Positions 61,005 through 64,000 of a stretch of DNA of 64,000 bases are shown one piece after another (the first letter of the stretch is position 1; every line of letters starts with the position of its first letter). The stretch lies in assembly GCA_964610645.1 (NCBI GenBank), contig CAZSZE010000004.1:51711-115710 (forward strand), given 5' to 3'. Below the pieces are notes generated by a model. The model searched no databases, was not told the origin of the DNA, and worked only from the letters and a program-made list of their open reading frames with translations. Made by a program: the position numbers and the translations under genes. Source of the stretch: an uncultured Enterobacterales bacterium. GTDB lineage: Bacteria; Myxococcota_A; UBA796; CAJQPC01.

Positions 61005-61991
61005 TCAGGAAGCGATCAGCAGGGAGAAGTGGAGGTTGGGCACGCGGATGTGTTCCACGGTGGGGAAACCAGAAGCCTTCAGCCAGCGGCTCATCTCCCC
61101 GACGGAGTAGGAGCGGCCCTCCTGGGTGTACAGCAGCATGCTCAACCCGAAGATAGCGGCATCCGTGGGGCCGACCCCTGTGTCGTCCAGGAACATGTCC
61201 TTCCAGACCAGGAGTCCCCCGGGACGAATGACTTCCCGAAGGCGGTCCTGCAGGGCGCGAATGGCGGGTTCTCCCAGGCCGTGGACGATGTTCGAACCCA
61301 GCACGGCATCGTAGGGTCCGCCGAGATCGTCTGTGTGGAAGTCGCCTCCCAGGAAACCCATTGAGTCGCGGTACCGCTCCTCGGCGTACTCGACGCAGAC
61401 GGGCTGGTCGAACAAGGTGGCGGTGAATCCTTGCTGGATCAATTCGTGGGCGTATCGCCCGTGCCCTCCCCCCAGGTCGAGCACGTGGCCTGCTTCCAGT
61501 CGCCCCGCGATCAGCCGGGCGGATTCTGTGGCTGCATGATCGGACCGGCGGTGGAGCATGTCCATGAACTGGTGCGATCCCTCCCGGTCGTCCGCCCGCA
61601 CGCCAATGGATGTGTTGAGGGAGCGGCCCGATGCGTCGGGCACGGGTCCGCCACTCTCCAGAACGCCGGGCAGCCGGCCGAGTTCGGGAATCCCGCTACT
61701 GCGGGGGAAGGACAGGGCGCCGTTTTCATGGAGTGTCCGGCCGGAAGTGGAGAGGGACCACCGGGTCTCTCCGGCTTCGTCCTCCTGTCGAATGAGCAGG
61801 CCCAGGTGCCCCAAGACCGTGGCGGCAATGGTGAGGGCGCGGGAGTCTCCTGGGAGCTCGTCGGCGGAGCGGGCGCGGCCGTCGGCCAGGGCTTTGAAGA
61901 GACCCGTATGTCCCCAGGCGGCCACGGTGGCATAGGCCTGGCTTGCTCGGCGAAGACGGTCGAGATCGGTCTCGGTGTGGATGGGTTCCAT
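61005..61991 (-). CDS. Class I SAM-dependent (O-)methyltransferase with N-terminal dimerisation-like domain
   Basis: From ATG 61991: ..GLFKALADG..SADELP... is a winged-helix-like N-domain, and HVLDLGGGHGRYAHEL is SAM motif I, followed by ..AVLGSNIVHGL.. and ..PGGLLVWKDMF... The track extension (to 62348) is Arg/Pro-rich and implausible. Confidence 0.75.
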   Translation of the reverse strand: MEPIHTETDLDRLRRASQAYATVAAWGHTGLFKALADGRARSADELPGDSRALTIAATVLGHLGLLIRQEDEAGETRWSLSTSGRTLHENGALSFPRSSGIPELGRLPGVLESGGPVPDASGRSLNTSIGVRADDREGSHQFMDMLHRRSDHAATESARLIAGRLEAGHVLDLGGGHGRYAHELIQQGFTATLFDQPVCVEYAEERYRDSMGFLGGDFHTDDLGGPYDAVLGSNIVHGLGEPAIRALQDRLREVIRPGGLLVWKDMFLDDTGVGPTDAAIFGLSMLLYTQEGRSYSVGEMSRWLKASGFPTVEHIRVPNLHFSLLIAS

Positions 61992-62038
61992 GGGGTCTTC
62001 TATCTGGTTCTCATCCGGGATTTCACTCCCTTCTGGAG

Positions 62039-62494
62039 CTATTCCGATGGCGGTGGCTCTCGGGACCAGGTCAGGCCGATCTCCATGGCTTCTTCCAGGA
62101 CCGCCAGGAGCAGGCCCCGCTCGCTTGCACCGTGGGGGTGTCGGGCCTGGTGCTCCAGGGCGGCCTGGGCGAGGGCGCCAAAGAACAGGTACTTGCGTTC
62201 TGCATCCAACAAGCCGGACATGCCGTCCCGAAGGCGGGTCAGCAGATTTGCCAGGGCCTGGGCGTGGGGGGTGCACACGTGGACGTGGCGGTCGAACCGG
62301 TGCCAGGGATCGTCGCCGTCGGGGGGCCGGGGGAGAGGCACCTCGCACACCAGGATGCGGGCGCCCTGCCAGAGGGGATCCAGGGCAGCATCGGTGGCAG
62401 CTGGCTGGGGCACGGGAACATCCGACCGGGTCTGGACCCAGCGCCGAATGTCTTCCACGGTGTCCACCACCTGGGTGGGGGTGGGGGGTTGCAT
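62039..62494 (-). CDS. Hypothetical protein (151 aa)
   Basis: ATG 62494 is preceded by AAGGAGA. The amino-acid composition looks ordinary. I recognise no family. The upstream part of track ORF 62039..63112 is antisense to the next gene. Confidence 0.45.
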   Translation of the reverse strand: MQPPTPTQVVDTVEDIRRWVQTRSDVPVPQPAATDAALDPLWQGARILVCEVPLPRPPDGDDPWHRFDRHVHVCTPHAQALANLLTRLRDGMSGLLDAERKYLFFGALAQAALEHQARHPHGASERGLLLAVLEEAMEIGLTWSREPPPSE

Positions 62495-62542
62495 GGGGTC
62501 TCCTTGGGTGGTGTTTGAAGATAGGCCGGTTTTGAACCCCCC

Positions 62543-63307
62543 ATGGACCAGAATCTGTCCGCCCCCGCTGGGGCGGTGAACGGATGTCCCGTGGTATTCA
62601 TGCGGCAGGCTTTTCGGAGGAACGATGCGGTGCTGGGCATGAACGAAACGGAGATTCACCAGCTTTCTGAGGAAACCGCAGCCCTGCGATCGAACGTCAA
62701 CGACAACGAGGCGGGGATTTCGGCCAACGTCACGGACATCGCTGCAAACAACAGCGCAGCCGCCACCAACGCCACGTCCATCGGTGCCACCCAGGTGTCG
62801 CTGACCACCAACACCGTAGGCATCGCCACAAACACGGCGACCCTGGCGGTGGTGACCGGGGACTACCTGACCTCGGCGGAGCAGATTCTGCTGCAGAACG
62901 ACACGATCCAGAACACGGCGGACATCGATTCGGTGGCGGTGGATCAACACCTGTACACAAAGCGCCTTCAGTTCCATCAGTGCGGAGGCACGAGCTACAA
63001 TTGCACGCCCATGGAGTGCCTTGCTTTGTGCCAGGCCAACGGGGAGCGCATGGCGTTTACGGACGAGGTGCTTGCGCGGGCCTCGGAGGGGCAGAATCTC
63101 TGTTCCTTTCATTGGATGATCGAGAGAACTGCCAACGGCCAGGACTCCTTTCCGGTCAGTGCGTACCCGATGTACTCAAACCGGACGACCTCGGGTTGTG
63201 GCCCGTTGAATGCGGGTGACGTTCCCCGTCTGGGTGGGTACTGGAAGCCCAGTAACGATTGGGCGTCCACGTCTACCTACAACTGCGCCTGCGCCACCCT
63301 GAACTGA
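62543..63307 (+). CDS. Protein with Asn/Thr/Ala-rich stalk-like repeats and a Cys-rich C-terminal (C-type-lectin-like?) domain
   Basis: The N-terminal half reads ..LRSNVNDNEAGISANVTDIAANNSAAATNATSIGATQVSLTTNTVGIATNTATLAVV... The C-terminal ~120 aa contain 8 Cys (..QCGGTSYNCTPMECLALCQANGERMAFTDEV..CSFHWM..GCGP..YNCACATLN). In-frame alternative starts are at 62600 and 62639. GC is lower than the surroundings. Confidence 0.6.
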   Translation: MDQNLSAPAGAVNGCPVVFMRQAFRRNDAVLGMNETEIHQLSEETAALRSNVNDNEAGISANVTDIAANNSAAATNATSIGATQVSLTTNTVGIATNTATLAVVTGDYLTSAEQILLQNDTIQNTADIDSVAVDQHLYTKRLQFHQCGGTSYNCTPMECLALCQANGERMAFTDEVLARASEGQNLCSFHWMIERTANGQDSFPVSAYPMYSNRTTSGCGPLNAGDVPRLGGYWKPSNDWASTSTYNCACATLN

Positions 63308-63341
63308 CAAGGAGCACGCGCTGGCCAAGCTTGACCGGTTG

Positions 63342-64000
63342 ATGTGGGGGCTTCTTGCCCTGGTGGTGGGCCTGCTGGGCTGGCGGGCCTGGCAATGGGA
63401 CCGGTTTGAGGCCCGGTGGAATGCGGAGGTGGGCACCCTCATGCACCCGCACCCCACGCGCCTTTGGGGCTTGAAGCCGGGGGTGCTGGACCAGGAACAG
63501 ACTGTCGCAAGAATAGACGACCATGGTCTGCGGGAGACGGCGCTCGGGGGCGGCAGCCAGGTGCTGATGACCCTTGGGGACTCGGTGGTCTTTGGCCACA
63601 ATGTGGGGGAGGCCGACACGCTGCACCGGGGCCTGGTCGACGCGTTTAAGGAACGGGGCCACGGCGTGGATGTCCACTGTGGAGCGGTACCGGGGTACAG
63701 CTCGGAACAGTCACTTCAATTGCTTCGAGAGGAGGGGCCGCGCATCGCCCCGGACCTGGTGGTGGTGAGCGGTCTATGGAATGACGCCATGTTCAGCGCC
63801 CAGGCGGACCGCACTTGGATGAGCGAGCTTCTCCCGAGGGGGGAAGCCGGTTCTCTCGCAAGACTTTTATGGCGCGCTCGGGTCTTTGTGAGCCCCCCGG
63901 TCGGGGAGGCCTCCTTTCAGGCCGTGCGCTACCTGGCACCGGGTGCGGATGCCCGATCCGCCTCGCGCCTGCGCCCTGGGGGACCGCCGCAGTCGGGAAC
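63342..64000 (+). CDS. SGNH/GDSL-family hydrolase with N-terminal membrane anchor, cut by the right window edge
   Basis: My own translation from ATG 63342: MWGLLALVVGLLGWRAW..QVLMTLGDSVVFGH (GDS block I), ..VHCGAVPGYSS.., ..DLVVVSGLWNDAM.. (block III-like). It remains open to base 64000 and is not in the ORF track because it has no stop. Confidence 0.65.
   Translation, partial: MWGLLALVVGLLGWRAWQWDRFEARWNAEVGTLMHPHPTRLWGLKPGVLDQEQTVARIDDHGLRETALGGGSQVLMTLGDSVVFGHNVGEADTLHRGLVDAFKERGHGVDVHCGAVPGYSSEQSLQLLREEGPRIAPDLVVVSGLWNDAMFSAQADRTWMSELLPRGEAGSLARLLWRARVFVSPPVGEASFQAVRYLAPGADARSASRLRPGGPPQSG

Noticed and set aside
1-64000. Mobile elements, prophage, rRNA or tRNA genes
   Set aside because: I recognised no transposase, integrase or phage structural motifs in any frame. 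No intergenic gap is long enough for, or resembles, a tRNA cloverleaf or rRNA. This rests on visual inspection only, so a tRNAscan/Infernal run would be needed for certainty.

Overview
Gene-dense, high-GC bacterial chromosomal segment (roughly two-thirds G+C by eye, not computed). I support about 50 protein genes. I saw no rRNA, tRNA, CRISPR array, transposase or integrase. Lineage hints point to a Myxococcota-like Gram-negative organism: a MYXO-CTERM-style sorting tail, MopE-like Cys-rich metal-binding repeats, many lipoproteins, Ser/Thr kinase and PP2C signalling, and a type III PKS locus in the same order as the Myxococcus ftp genes. Housekeeping genes: nrdJ (cut by the left edge and missing from the ORF track), rpsD, rpmG, tamA-tamB, argR-argG-argH, glpD, recQ, fdhD and lepB. 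An SGNH hydrolase gene runs off the right edge and is also missing from the track. Many long track ORFs are antisense or out-of-frame shadows typical of high-GC DNA. Operons are tightly packed, with frequent 4-nt ATGA/GTGA/TTGA stop-start overlaps at 16600, 19832, 27954, 30653, 32862, 35751, 36881, 47265, 52294 and 60410. Items most worth a second look: (1) a compositionally atypical two-gene module, a minimal nucleotidyltransferase followed by a ribbon-helix-helix protein, with a palindrome upstream (30062-30850); (2) recQ apparently co-transcribed with two tandem paralogous large polytopic membrane proteins, inside a 20-kb stretch holding five such GT-C-like proteins; (3) a 164-nt rod-like hairpin closed by a perfect 16-bp stem that fills the gap between lepB and a PP2C-cNMP gene; (4) a T3PKS, membrane methyltransferase, ACP and FAAL lipid-phenol gene cluster; (5) a triple lamin-tail-domain surface protein and a giant MopE-repeat lipoprotein; (6) several short tandem repeats of 63, 18 and 15 bp. 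I did not find one clearly novel multi-gene system that the sequence alone can prove. The items above are hypotheses that need database and structure searches.
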